A stretch of DNA of 64,000 nt from Octopus vulgaris (GCA_951406725.2 OX597826.1:43586001-43650000); one strand, 5' to 3'. Counted from the first letter of the stretch, positions 1 to 13,479 are shown. The notes: generated by a model from the letters alone, not told the origin. A program made the numbers and translations.

Positions 1-811
1 CTTCAAGGTGACGCTCCAGTAGAGCCGCAGTCCAGTGAATGGAGCAAAAAAGAAAAAAGAAAAGGAAAGGAAGATAAAAGAAGAACTCGCATGAACGAAA
101 AACGTGGGAAATTGTAGTATTTCACTTTTACATAAGAGATCTAAAAAGTATAGCAGATTTCAATGGCCTTTAAGGACAAACACGCGCACACATACAAACA
201 GAGGCATACACACACAGATACCCTCATATCTTAGCAACCTATGCAAGCGTATGATATAATATGTTTGCATATGGCTTTATAATAAATTTATATTTTAACC
301 GGAAAATAAATACCAGGTCATACAAGATTAGTTTTGAAACTTAATTTTTACATGCGTTGCTAATAACATCCTACTATTAATTAATGGCGAACTATTATAA
401 AATCATATTTTAAAAATATAAATTATATTTATAATTCCAGTTCTACTTATACTCGATATGGGCAATTTAGAATTTTCGTTTTTTGTTTCACCAACCTTTC
501 TTTTTCATTTGAGAATTCTTTTCGCACGTGGTCTTTTTTTTTTATTTAAAAAAGCGAAAAACAAGAATAGAAAAAAAAAGAAAAGAAAGGAAAAGAAACG
601 AACACAAAATATATACAAAGAAAAAAAAAAACAAAGGAAAACACAGATTGATTGAATGTGGTGGGTGAATAAATATATGGACGGCAAGGTTCTCAGGCGC
701 TGGGATGGTTGTGTAGTTAGGAAGCTCGCTTTGCAAGAATAGGGTCTTGTGTTTAGTCCCATAGTGTAGCACCTCTCTGCTACGCGGAAATCCGTCGTAT
801 CTCTCTTTCTT

Positions 812-910
<99 letters not shown>

Positions 911-935
911 GAGTAACAAAGAGGTAACAAAGAGT

Positions 936-989
<54 letters not shown>

Positions 990-1257
990 ATTGAGTAACA
1001 AAGAGGTACAGGTGTTAGTCCATTACGGCCGTTTCCAACGACTTCTTTAAATGAGATGAATTCCTGATCTTCAAATATAAAAGACAGTTCGACTTATTCA
1101 ACATAGTTAACAAATTCACGGAGTAAAAATATTTACATTGATCCTGCTACAATTCAGTTGGTAGAATGAACTTATAAGAATAATGTATATTTGGTCAGAA
1201 CAAAGAAGAATTTAGGGGTTCTTAAAGTTTATTGTAGGGGAGGGGATAATTGACGCG

Positions 1258-1470
1258 TAAGGCGATGGGCTGACAGACTCGTTAGCACGCTGGACAAAAT
1301 GCTTTAGCGGTATTTTGCCCATCTCTGCGTTCGAATTCCGTCGAAGTCGACTTTACTTTTCATCCTTTCGGGGTCAATAAAATAAGTACTAGTTGAACAG
1401 TAGGATCGATGAATTAGAGTCATATTCTCTCAAAATTGCTGTCCTTGTGACAAAATTTGAAACCATTATT
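1258..1470 (+). mobile_element. SINE family B (tRNA-like head, MetaSINE-like central domain), diverged copy
   Basis: GTTAGCACGC...GTCGACTTTACTTTTCATCCTTTCGGGGTCAATAAAATAAGTAC, shared with many copies in the window. Confidence 0.8.
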
Positions 1471-3819
1471 TCATCTTGTATTTTATTCTATAACTCATAA
1501 ACATTTGTTAAACCTTTTTTCACTTTTAATTTTATTTATATTTAATTTTGGTATACTTTTTGAAAATTTAGTATAGTTATAATGTTATAGCATTAACCTA
1601 AATTTAGAAATTAGATATATAGGTGACGAATACATTATATTTAAAATTATTAGAAGAAAGTTAAGAAAAAAATTATTAAAAAAAATATATAAGGGTGTGT
1701 ATTAGATATAAAAATTTAGAATTTTGGTTCATAAGCTACTAAGGAATATAATGTATTTAAAATATAAGGATATAAAGATAAAATATACGATGTGGTATAT
1801 AAAATATAAACTGTGTTCTTAATTATCCATGTAGGACGAATAAAGAGGGACAAAACAAAGACAGACAAGGGGTCGGAGACGAATGATGAAGCATGAAGAT
1901 AAACATAGTTAAAATTAATGATAAATGTATATGAAAATCGAATGGAGTGAGGGACGTGGCCGACCCCACAAACCACATTCGGAAAACTGAATACCTTTTA
2001 GTACCTTTATACTCTCGTCCAAGCAGGTTCATTCACTCTCAACAAACTTGCTACAGTCTTCCATCTTTTTTCGAACACTCCGTGTGGCAGGCATCTCCTC
2101 TCCAGCCTTATTTTTCTTTTCAGGTGCAAAAGAAAAATAAACTTAACCAACCCAAAGCTGGAGACGGAGATGCTCACAATGATCCCTTTCACTCGCGTCG
2201 TCCATACAACCTCCTTCGCAGTAGCTACTACACAGAAGAAACAAGCCTGCTCTTCTCTATTCAGAGACGACGGCGGAACAATATCAATTATACACTAGGA
2301 AGACAGTTGAGATTCTCTCTCCCTCCCTCTCCTTCTTTCTCCCTCTTCCTCTCTCACCTTCTCTTTGCATATGTATATATATACATATATATATATATCC
2401 AAATAAGCAACAAGTATAACTTCAGTAATTTGGTACGATCGTTTCACGCTACATCATTTTATTAAATCTTCTAAGTATTACAACAGTTTTAAAATGTTGA
2501 GCAATCATCAGCCATTAATAGAGGTTTTCCATTAATACATAATTTTCATATCAATTGATAACATTATAGAGAAGGTAGATATATAGACAAAGATGTCGAT
2601 TTAAATTTTAAGAACATTAAAGTAGCAGAGTTTATGAACTGACTGTATATATATATATATATATAGATATACACGTATATGTGTGCGTGCGTATGTCTTT
2701 CTGTTTGCGTGCATGTCCCCACTGCTGGACAGTCAGTGCTTGTTTGTTTATTACTGGGGTCGGTTTGTTCCATTAAAATCCTTTTATGATAATTGTGCCA
2801 CGCATGGCCGCAGTTCAATGATAAGAGACACCCGTATTTTCATTTAGGATTTTAAAAAAAGAAAGAAAACGCAACATTAATTGAATGCTAGGTGGTTGAA
2901 TACTTAATCATACGAATGGTTTGTTTTTAGATTATGGACATTACTTTTAAGATGCTGTAGAATACACCTCCATTATATTTTTGCCTCAATTCCTATTACT
3001 GTTTCTCTCTAAGGAGACGATGATCAAATCGTTAACAACATTAATATCAGAAAGTCATTTTACCACCAACTCGTGATTAACCAGGAAATCTCTCCTCAAA
3101 TTTCCATTTGGAATGTATTTTCCATTTTATTTTACATAACAACATTATTTCCTCTGGAATGGGTCACTCTGAACGTAAAAGTACAAAACTGAACCAATTT
3201 GTACTCAATCCCAATTAGCTTAACGGGATTAACATAAAAGCTTTCTATAATGGCTACATGAATGCAGTATTTCAATTAAATATAATTGCTCTAATTATAG
3301 CATGAAAGTAGCTGGCAGTGTACGGCAATTGGCAACCATGTCTGCGATCAGGTTTCAATTCTATTTGAAAAATGATTTTACATTCCCAAGGAAAGACGCA
3401 AATATCACAATGTCATTCATACACGAGGTATAAAGACTATATAGGAATTCATACTCACGATAAAGAAAGGCGGGGTGATGGTGCAGAATCAACAGAGGAC
3501 CAAGAAAATACTTTCCGAGTTTTGAATTATACCACTTTTTTATTTTCTGAGATCAAGTCTTGCGGGAAGAGACTTCGTTTTCTGTTCTACCAGGGACAAA
3601 ATAGAATGGGGTTTCAATTAAAACAACTACACAACTCCCATACATTGTGACTGTGTACATAAAGTAAAATGCTCCTTTTTTCAGTCATTTTATACTCTTT
3701 GTTCAAATCTTACCGGAGTCAACCTTATCTTTCGTCCTCCTGAAGTCCATATATAAACCATACCACCACATCCACAATGTGTAGTACGTACTTGTGTAAA
3801 GAATTATCCAAAATAATTG

Positions 3820-4200
3820 GGGCATCGGTAAAAATGATCTGCTATGTTTCTTCCAGTTCTACGTTCTGAGTTCGAAACTTGCCGCAGTCAAATTTGAACT
3901 CCATCTTTTCGGGATTGATGCACAAAAATGAACCAGTCAAGTACTGGAGTCGATTCTATGAAGTAAGCCACCCTCCAACAACTGCTGACCTCTTGTCAAA
4001 ATTTGAAACCATTATAAAAGAGCGGTGATGTAGCAGAAATGTTACCGCCTGAACAAAATGTTTACTGCATTTCCTCCGGTTGATTGCCTTCTCAGTTCAA
4101 ATATTGCCAAGGTCAACTCTGTCTTTCATCCTTTCGAGGGTCAATAAAATAAAGAACCTGTGAAATACTGGAATTTACAAACTCCATTCCCACTAACATT
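3820..4200 (+). mobile_element. Two degenerate SINE family B copies in tandem
   Basis: GTTCTGAGTTCGAAA...CCATCTTTTCGGGATTGAT and CTCAGTTCAAAT...TTTCATCCTTTCGAGGGTCAAT. Confidence 0.65.
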
Positions 4201-4210
4201 GCTGGCCTTC

Positions 4211-4442
4211 TTATTTATTTATTGCCCACAAGGGGCTAAACACAGAGGGGAAAAACAAGGACAGACAAACGGATTAAGTCGATTATATCGACCCCAGTGC
4301 GTAACTGGTACTTATTTAATCGACCCCGAAAGGATGAAAGGCAAAGTCGACCTCGGCGGAATTTGAACTCAGAACGTAACGGTAGACGAAATACCACTAA
4401 GCATTTCGCCCGGCGTGCTAATGTTTCTGCCAGCTCGCCGCT
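4211..4442 (-). mobile_element. SINE family B, young full-length copy
   Basis: Reverse complement of the 5785-6015 copy; head GCGGCGAGCTGGCAGAAAC, B-box-like GAGTTCAAATTCC. Confidence 0.9.
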
Positions 4443-4534
4443 TTCTGCCAGATTACAACACTGCAAGAAATATTTTTTAGAGCCTTTTGATATGTTCCTT
4501 CTCCATTGCAAAATCCAACTTAGTTCAAGGACGA

Positions 4535-4882
4535 CTCTGCTTCTAGTTTCTTTGTGGTCAGTACTAACACTCAGTCGTTTACGACGACAAAAGTTCCAGT
4601 TGATCCAATCAACGGAACAACTTGTTCGTGAAATTAACGTACAAGTAGTTGAACTCTCCACAGGCTCGCATATCTTTAACGTAGTACTGTGGGCCATTCA
4701 GCATGACGCAGAAGGTGACCAGGCTGGTCTCTTTTGAATTACAGGTACTACTCATTTTTGTCAGCTGAGTGGACTGGAGTAACGAGAAATAAAATATCTT
4801 GCGCAATGCACCGCCGAGAATCGAACACACGACCTTCCAATCGTGAGCCGAATATCCTGACCACTAAACCACGCACCTTCAC
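4535..4882 (-). mobile_element. SINE family C variant (tRNA head at right end)
   Basis: CTCATTTTTGTCAGCTGAGTGGACTGGAG and ACCACTAAACCACGCACCTTCAC, matching 17781-18040. Confidence 0.75.
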
Positions 4883-5159
4883 TTGCTTGTGTTTCGTAAA
4901 AAGCAGCCTAAACTATCTAATCGAATTCAAATGACTATAAATATTACCTTATAAGAATGAGAATTATAAAAAAAGCAACAAGAATAATTAAGGTGAAAAC
5001 GCTTACTGAATTAGTACCTCGGAATAAACAATATCTAGGTAGTTATTTTACATTAAACCTTCAAGTCTAACAGTTTGATTTTCAGAATTGTGTTGTTACT
5101 GATTTAAAAAGTTAGATAAATGAAGAAAAATTTGAAGTTGATCTGTTCAGCCCAACAAA

Positions 5160-5376
5160 CAAGAGGGTTCTAAAAAGTTCCTGGCTTTGCGTAAAAGAAA
5201 ATATAGGAGGATAAGTTAATAACGATTTTATGCAACATATTACCCTCGCAGATTCCCACACTTAGTGCGGCGGTCGTTCAGATTTTCTAAGCCCTGTAAT
5301 AGAACTCGGGAGGCTGGGTTTCCAATCAAGCCTTTCGCGATACCCTTAAAGCCAGGAACTTTTCAGAACTCACTCG
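5160..5376. mobile_element. Mariner-type MITE (~217 bp)
   Basis: Imperfect ~29-bp TIRs sharing AAAAGTTCCTGGCTTT / AAAGCCAGGAACTTTT; right end CTCG followed by TA. Confidence 0.8.
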
Positions 5377-5784
5377 TATTGTGTACAGAGCTCAGAAACA
5401 GAAGAGATTGGTCGAAAACGTGTGCTGTTTTATTTTATACATCATCTTGAAATACATCGAGATAAATTGTTAGGGATATTTCCTTGTGTTACTGGATATT
5501 TAGAATCATTCACCAATAAGAGACCGTCACTCAAGCGGTCCAACCCATCTTGATTAAGCCCCTGCTTCTGTCCACTTAACATTAAACCATTTATCACCGC
5601 TCTTACCAGGGCCTAAACCTCATGATCCTTAACCATCTTTAAGTAAGGTAACTTCTGCCGACTCCATAACCAGCTTGATGACCTTCCACCAAATAACCCA
5701 TGTGATGCTTAATATGCGGTTAGTTTTGAAGAGAAACTAGTCTATGGACCCGCTGAGTCTCACCAGTATTTCGATACAATCCAA

Positions 5785-6225
5785 AGCGGCGGGCTGGAAC
5801 AACCGTTAGCACGCCGGGCGAAATGCTTAGCGGTATTTCGTCTGCCGTTACGTTCTGAGTTCAAATTCCGCCGAGGTCGACTTTGCCTTTCATCCTTTCG
5901 GGGTCGATTAAATAAGTACCAGTTACGCATTGGGGTCGATGTAATCGACTCAATCCGTTTGTCTGTCCTTGTTTGTCCCCTCTGTGTTTAGCCCCTTGTG
6001 GGCAGTAAAGAAAAAAGAAATGTTAGCACGCCGGGCGAAATGCTTACGGTATTTCGTCTGCCGTTACGTTCTAATTCCGCCGAGGTCGACTTTAATTTTC
6101 ATACTTTCGGGGTCATGCAATGGGGTAAATGTAATCGACTTAATCCCTTTTTCCGTCATTGGTTGTCCCCTCTATGTTTAGCCCCTTGTGGGCAATAAAA
6201 AAATAAACAAATTACACCACCACAG
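5785..6225 (+). mobile_element. SINE family B head-to-tail dimer
   Basis: Two successive GTTAGCACGCCGGGCGAAATGCTTA...TTTAGCCCCTTGTGGGCA units; second unit has internal deletions. Confidence 0.85.
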
Positions 6226-6300
6226 CATACTTCTATCGCTTCTCTTCGTTTGCCTCTAAATAAGGCCATCCAAAATAAGAGAAGGTTCTAACATACTCAC

Positions 6301-6330
6301 CTGCTTGGTTGCTTCCGAGATCAGTTCCAT
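6301..6330 (-). CDS. Candidate first coding exon (MELISEATKQ) of an unidentified minus-strand gene
   Basis: AAAC-ATG-G start context, in-frame upstream TAG, consensus donor CAG|GTGAGT at 6301/6300, non-repetitive island; no homology evidence. Confidence 0.3.
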
Positions 6331-6630
6331 GTTTGGCTTTAGCTAGTTTCTGGGAGCGCCCCCTCCCCAACACATATTTTCTAATCGAAAGAGACATTGA
6401 ACTCGTCGTGGTCTATGTTTACACTTACTTTCTTTCATTTGTTTACTCATGCATACACACACACGCGCGCAAACACACGCACACAGACACTCACACACTC
6501 ATATACACGCACGTACGCATGCACGCACACCACCCCACACACATATTTCATAAGCAAAGGACTCATTGAACTTGTCGAGGACTCTGTTGAATCTTTCTTT
6601 CGTTTGTTCAATTATGCATACACAAGAACA

Positions 6631-6702
<72 letters not shown>

Positions 6703-6985
6703 CACATACTCTCTCTCTGTCTCAAATATATGGTACCCAAAAAGAATTTTATGAACAAGGAGAAAGAAGAGTGCTCAATAAGTATTGCAGAGTTTTGTCA
6801 TATTCAAAATACAAGACTATGATGTTAACACGCCCTGCATCCATTATATTCGAACAATGCATATTATTCCCACAAAATTTCGTATGAAAAAAAAAACATG
6901 CAAGAACATGGAAGTGCCGCGTCTCCGTGTCCAATCGAGATCAAGCAATATATTGAAGCGATTCCAGGTTCGTTTTATATAGGAA

Positions 6986-7285
6986 CTAGCAGTATCGCCC
7001 GGCGTTGCTCGGGTTTGTAAGGGAAATAACTATATAAGCATTTTTAGAGAGTTACTTCCTTTATATAATAGCAAAAAAAATGCATTGAAAATGGGAAAAG
7101 ATGATGGTATATTTCTTTTTAAATCGTAGACTCATCATAGACGCGCGCTAATACCCAGAAGGGCTCGATATGAATCACGACTATAAGATACCCGCTTTTG
7201 GTTAAACTGCACCGCAAAATGTGGGAGTAGTTAGGAATCTAAATCGTAGGAGACAGACACACAACTTCACTTTTATATATAAAGA
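6986..7285 (-). mobile_element. Complete non-autonomous Helitron (300 bp)
   Basis: Minus strand starts TCTTTATATATAAAAG and ends CTAG; subterminal GC hairpin at 6998-7013; inserted between A and T with no TSD. Confidence 0.9.
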
Positions 7286-7534
7286 TATGTATGATACATG
7301 CACACACGCACGCACGCGCGCACACACACATACACACACAGATGTAAATAATGCCCTTATATTTGCTTTGTTCCTTTATTCCAGCATTCGCAATCGTCTG
7401 AAGATCGGTAATGTAAAATAAGCAACGGTAGTAAAATCTTCAGTTTGGTATCGATCTATGTATCTATGTATCTATAATTATGTATTTTTGTCTATCTGTT
7501 AGTCTGTCTGTTTGTCAGTCTGTCTGTCTGTCTA

Positions 7535-7566
<32 letters not shown>

Positions 7567-7854
7567 CCCATCGTTTCATCTATTATTGTCTATATGAGCA
7601 TCACATACCTCTGTTGTGATCTAGGTATTGCCTTATGTATTTTTTTGTTATCAAAGATGGCCTACAGAACTCTTAATTACAGCAGACGACAAAGAAACGC
7701 CCAGTGGAACTAAATATAAAAATGTAAAGCAAAAAAAGAAAAAAAGAAAAACCATAGTAACCTGTCAGAAACAACAATCACCAGAAATAGCCGATACTAA
7801 AAATAATACACCATAATATACCCGAGATATACGCAATTAAAACACAAAATTGGC

Positions 7855-8390
7855 GAATGAGAAATCACAAGAAGTACTGGGATAGCTAGAATGTAATTTG
7901 AAGAAAAATAATATCAAAGATACTAACATTAAAAAGCATTAAAATCGGAAAAAATAGAAAAAAAAAAGAATTATTTAAGGATTATGTATGGTCCACTCTT
8001 TTATATGGAGTTGAAATATGGATATTAACGAAGGTATTATGAAATAAATGACAAGCCTTTGAGATGTGGGCGAAGAGAAAAACTTTCGAGAATATCATAG
8101 GCAGAACACGAAACCAATAATGAGGTACTAAAAATGGCAAAAGCTAAAAAGAAAAATCTTATTAGACGACGCCATTCAAAGACAGAGAAGTAAAATATTT
8201 TGGACACTTAATTAGAAAAAAAAAATCGTTTACAGCGACTGTTTGTTAATAGAAGGTAAAAATGAATGGAAAGAAATGAAAAAGCAGGAATTATGTGGAT
8301 GAATAATGTAAAGAATTGGACAGACTTAAAATACAGAGAAGGTAATAAGGACAGTAAAAGAAAGACAGAAGAACGGTGAGAATGGTGAAC
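7855..8390 (+). mobile_element. Degenerate RTE-clade LINE, RT C-terminal part
   Basis: Translates with stops and frameshifts to YVWSTLLYGVEIW...AFEMW...TNNEVL...KYFGHLIR, typical RTE/BovB C-terminal motifs. Confidence 0.8.
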
Positions 8391-8580
8391 AGTGGTGTTC
8401 AGCTTGTTGAGTGCTTACTTGATGACCAGGATTACATACATGTGTGTGGGTGTACATACATACTTTCACACACACACACACTCATACATACATACATACA
8501 TTCACACATACATACATACATACATACATACATACATAAAAACATACATACATACATACAAGCACACACATATATACTCT

Positions 8581-8924
8581 CTCTTTTACTTGTTTCAGTC
8601 ATTTGACAGCGGCCATGCTGGAGCACTGCCAGTACTTATTCTATCGGTCTCTTTTGCCGAACCGCTAAGTGACGGGGACGTAAACACACCAGCATCGGTT
8701 GTCAAGCAATGCTAGGGGGACAAACACAGACACACAAACATATGCACACACACACACACATATATATATACATATATACGACGGGCTTCTTTCAGTTTCC
8801 GTCTACCAAATCCACTCACAAGGCATTGGTCGGCCCGAGGCTATATGCCCAAGATGCCACGCAGTGGGACTGAACCCGGAACCATGTTGTTGAATAGCAA
8901 GCTACTTACCACACAGCCACTCCA
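8581..8924 (-). mobile_element. SINE family A (tRNA head, CORE-like segment, internal TA/CA microsatellite; resembles octopus OR-type SINEs)
   Basis: Reverse complement of 29607-30027 with small deletions. Confidence 0.9.
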
Positions 8925-9545
8925 CACATACATGCACAAAAATACACACACATGCATATATACAGACAAACACATGTAAATACATTTACATACATAGATA
9001 TATATATATACACATACATACATATATACATACTTACATACACGCACATATAGATTTATTGATACATGCACACTTACATAATAATATATCAAGGAAATGG
9101 ATCTCCGACAGTTTCGGCGATGACTATTCCGGTATCCAATCAAATGAATTACCTGCTCACTGAATTCGCGGCGTGTTAGTAGGCTGAGTATTCTACAGAA
9201 ATGTATACACTTAACATAATCATCAACTAGACTCAGCGCAAACAATCTATGTGATAAAGGGTAGTTTCTATCTATCCAGTGTTACTCACCAGCTCAGGGT
9301 CAACTGAGCGCTAAGGTAAAATCCCTTCAGGCCTTTAAAAAAAAGAAGTACTGGCATTAATACGTTCAACTAAAAATTCTTCAAGGCGGTGCCACAGCAT
9401 GGTCGTAGTCTAATGAGTGAAGCAAATAAAAGATAAAAAAAGGGGTTACTGAATGTGGGAGACTGTTTGTATCGACATGTGCGTAAGATAACATACTATT
9501 ACAGACACACACATGCACACACACGCACACACACACGCGCACACA

Positions 9546-9608
<63 letters not shown>

Positions 9609-9933
9609 ATACACACAAATCACTTTGGTACATATTTAAATTGCAGCAGTCCCCAGATAAATATCATGACTGATCTGAAACCGTCCTCAAATCGTTTTTA
9701 ATGATATGTCAACATAGTTAAAACAATGCGCCATATCAAAAAGAATGTTGACCTACAAGTTGAAATAAAATATTTATAATATTACCCAGTGACTGGACGT
9801 AGGGTGACGTGTTTCTGCCAATCAGGCCACACCAACATGTGTACTGGTCCGAAAGTTTCGTCAGAAGCATAGAATGTACGTAAGATGTCTTGAGATTGCT
9901 CAGATATGGGAATTGATTCACCTACAATATATA

Positions 9934-11170
9934 CAGGATAGTCCGAAAGTCTTGTCACCCACTATCGAAAATTAACAAGAACGATAGAGGAACAATATAA
10001 TAATACCAAACACATGTACTGGTTTTAGTATATTGATTGATATGGACACTGTCACACATCGAGAAGGTCTGTATGAATACCATCATTTTCGTGGCGCAAA
10101 GTGATGCGGTGCCATATCCTGTGTGATAGTTTACGAAGCTGTGCTCTGGTGATTCTTGCAGAGGCTGCTGTACTATTATGAAGAACTGGAGCACAACCCT
10201 CAGCATGTGATGATTTGGGCCGCAGTATCGAGTATATTGAGGACCCTCTTTTCCCGAGAGCTCTGCCATGTTATCCTGTATTATATTTTACGAAGCTGTG
10301 CTTTGGTGATTGTTGCAAAGGTTGCAGCAAAATTATGAAGTACTGGAACACAACCCACCGCATGTGATGATTTGTGCCACTATATCGACTAAGCACTTGA
10401 TAGGACCCTATTTCTGCGAGGGCTCTGCTAACCAGCACTCTTACCATGCCATGTTATCCTGTGTGATATTTTACAAGCTGTGCTTTGGTGATTGTTGCAA
10501 AGGTTGCAGCAAAATTATGAAGCACTGGAACAAAACCCACCGCATGTTATGATTTGGGCCACTATATCGACTAAGCGCTTGATAGGACCCTATTACTGCG
10601 GGGGCTCTGCTAATCAACACTTTTACCATGCCATGTTAAGTGGTTTGTTCCACAGCTCCAGGGGTTGAATGTAGATTTGAATGAAGGCGGGGTTTCAACA
10701 AGATGTTGCCCCACCCCTCTATGCCATCAATGAAGTTTTTCGGGATAGATGTATGAGGCGAGGATCACAACAACTTCCAGAACCTTTCGATTGCCCCCAA
10801 CCACCACCACCAAAGGTCCAGACCTCAAGATCTGCGACAACGCTCTGTGTGTGTGTGGAGGGGTATTTTCAAGGAGAGAGTTTCACAAATGCAATATCAG
10901 AATACCCAACAGTTGATGCTGTTTCGGCAGCCTTTGCAACAATCACCAGAGAACAGCTTCGTAAAATATCACACGGGCCATGGCGCCGCATCATTTTGTT
11001 CCACGAAAATGATGGTATTCACACAGATCTTCTCGATGTGTGACAGTGTCAGTGTCAATGAAAGTGAATGTACTAAAACCAGTACATGTGTTTGGTATTA
11101 TTATATTGTTCCTCTGTTGTACTTATTACTTTTCGGTAGGGGGTGACAAGACTTTCGAACTACTTCCCTA
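9934..11170 (+). mobile_element. Rearranged Tc1/mariner-superfamily element with ~240-bp inverted ends and internal tandem units
   Basis: 9934-10170 is the reverse complement of ~10925-11170; TA flanks; relic motifs HVMIWA, FQQD.APP.YA, PDL..CDNAL, PWRRIILFHENDG.H. Confidence 0.85.
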
Positions 11171-11205
11171 TATATTCATGTATATACACATATATACAAA
11201 TTTAT

Positions 11206-11300
<95 letters not shown>

Positions 11301-11676
11301 ATTCGCGTGTGCATGTATATATAAAATACAAATTCACAGGTTTAATGTTCGTGGAATTAGTTTCTGTCACGAAAGCGAACGATGATTTGATTATCTCCTC
11401 CTGATCTCCTAGGGCTGCAAGAGTGCAGGCGTACAATTTGTATTAGGTTTCTTCCCTTTCGCATGCTTATAAATATAGGGCAGTCGATTGGCAGAATAGC
11501 TCAATCACCATACATATGCATGTTACTATGTGTCTCGAGTTGTTTCTTTCATAGTTCAAATTTCGCCCAGGTGAACTTTGCATTTTCTTCTATCGATAAA
11601 TTAGTGTAACTGTCACAAAATCGATAAATTAGTGTAACTGTCACAAGTTGGCTACAAAAAAAAAAATAAATAAAAG

Positions 11677-11871
11677 AAAGCGGGTGGATGCAAAATAATC
11701 TATGATTGTGTTACTCTCTTCTGTTTACTCTTCTTTCATACGGGTGGAACTAAGTTTTCTATAGTTTTTTCTATTGTGTTTGCTTCTTCTATTGTCATTT
11801 TCCCTTCTTTATTTCAATGCGGTTATTCATTGTATTAACCTAGAAAAATAATGCACAGATAAATCGTGACA
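11677..11871 (+). repeat. ~190-bp local direct duplication, copy 1 (copy 2 at 16248-16426)
   Basis: AAAGCGGGTGGATGCAAAATAATCTATG...GATAAATCGTGACA nearly identical in both copies. Confidence 0.9.
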
Positions 11872-13284
11872 GTTCCTGTCTCCTTTTGTCCATTTTCCTC
11901 TGAATCGGCTGTAGCACTCAGTATTAAGGACTCGAGGACTCTCTCAGAGTATCGATTTCCCCCAAGACAACAACGTGTATTCTGGCGCGGTTATAGAATA
12001 TGGCTGGCAAGATTGTGACAGAAAATGGTACATAATAATGATATTAGTGAATCCCAGTACGCATATGAGTCATTTTGTAATTGAACTTCAATTTCTAAAG
12101 AGTGTGTAATTGTTTTGTATTAAACCATGTCATAAATCAAATAAGCATAAGACAAAAACTTAATTTTTAGCTCAGAACTCTTCCACTCCTCTCAACTGGG
12201 CAGATAATTAAATATATGGTTGGCTTCGTATCTTGTAACTGTTGGTTAATTTTCTCTATTTAGCTTCCCTTTACAATGTTTGGAGAAGCAGAAATACGGA
12301 ATTATTTTTTTAATCTTTTATTTTTGTTTTGTCTGTAAAATAAACAAATCTACACGTAGTAAATAATTAGATAAATATATCACCTCCCGTGTTCGTTTAG
12401 TTTCGGTTTGTATGGTGAGATAATGTCTTTACCAGCTGCAATTTAATTTGTGTATAACAAAATACGTACTGCTTGTTCAAAGGAAACCATTTTGGACCAT
12501 TTCCTCGAAGCCTTGTACATTACAAGCCTATAAATGAAACACATTAATTCAGTGACCTTTATATTCACAGAAAAATATTTTTATTTATTAGGGATAATAA
12601 TTAATGTTAGAATTAGAATATGTGAGAATAATCATCCAATTAGTAAATAGTAACAGTTTATCTGTTTTTACATAGAGCAATGGTTAGAAAAATATCACAC
12701 GTTATCTTCATTTTTTCCCCCACCCTATTTTGCTAAGTTCCGATTTCCTTCGGGTAAAGATCACTTTCATTAAACGATCGTTTGGCGATTTCTTTCCACC
12801 TTTGATCTTTATTTTGACTTTTGTAAATTTGGATGATTTTCAACAGCACTAAGCTTTTGTTAATATGATGATTGAGCTGTGCCACAAACACCTTTCGTAC
12901 CAGCGTAGAGAAAGAAACATTGATTATATTTGTAGTTTGTTGAATATATCGACAACAGAGCTGATCGTTCATATAATTGCTTTGCGAAGTTGGGGGACAA
13001 ACACAGCAGAAACAGCTTATCTGTTGGCAACGAGCACAAGACATTTAAATTCTTCTGCCATTTGCATCAAAATATAAATGTTTTTAATCTTTTAACTGAA
13101 TTAGCTTATAAAGTACGAAATAATTTTTCTACTTTTTCCGAAGTTTGAAAGGATTAAAATTTCCATAGTGATAAAAAAAAAAGAAAGAGAAAAGAACAAG
13201 ATTGTAATATTCTTTTATTTTCTTTTAGTTATTTCGGTCATTTGGCTGCGGCCATGCTGGAGCACCGCCTTGAAGAATTTAACA

Positions 13285-13460
13285 TGTGCGCAGTGATATG
13301 GCGTTGTGGTTAAGAAGCTCACTTTGTAGACACACGCTTTCGGGTTCAGTTCCACTCTGCAGCGCTTTGGACGGGTATCTTTTACTACAGTCCCGAGTTA
13401 ACCAATGTCTTGTAAGTGAAGTTGGTAACTGAGTGGAAGCCTGTCGAATATATATATATA
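13285..13460 (+). mobile_element. SINE family A 5' part, diverged
   Basis: GTTGTGGTTAAGAAGCTC...CGGGTTCAGTTCCACT. Confidence 0.65.
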
Positions 13461-13479
13461 CACGCACGCACATATCCAC

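Noticed and set aside
1947-2465. 172-aa ORF as a gene
   Set aside because: GTG start, runs into CT and TA repeats, no recognisable motif
3313-3335. miR-34-like start TGGCAGTGT
   Set aside because: Match limited to 9 nt and no precursor hairpin
10116-10637. Tandem units as a CRISPR-like array
   Set aside because: Whole 157-183-bp units repeat with no unique spacers; they derive from transposase sequence in a eukaryotic context
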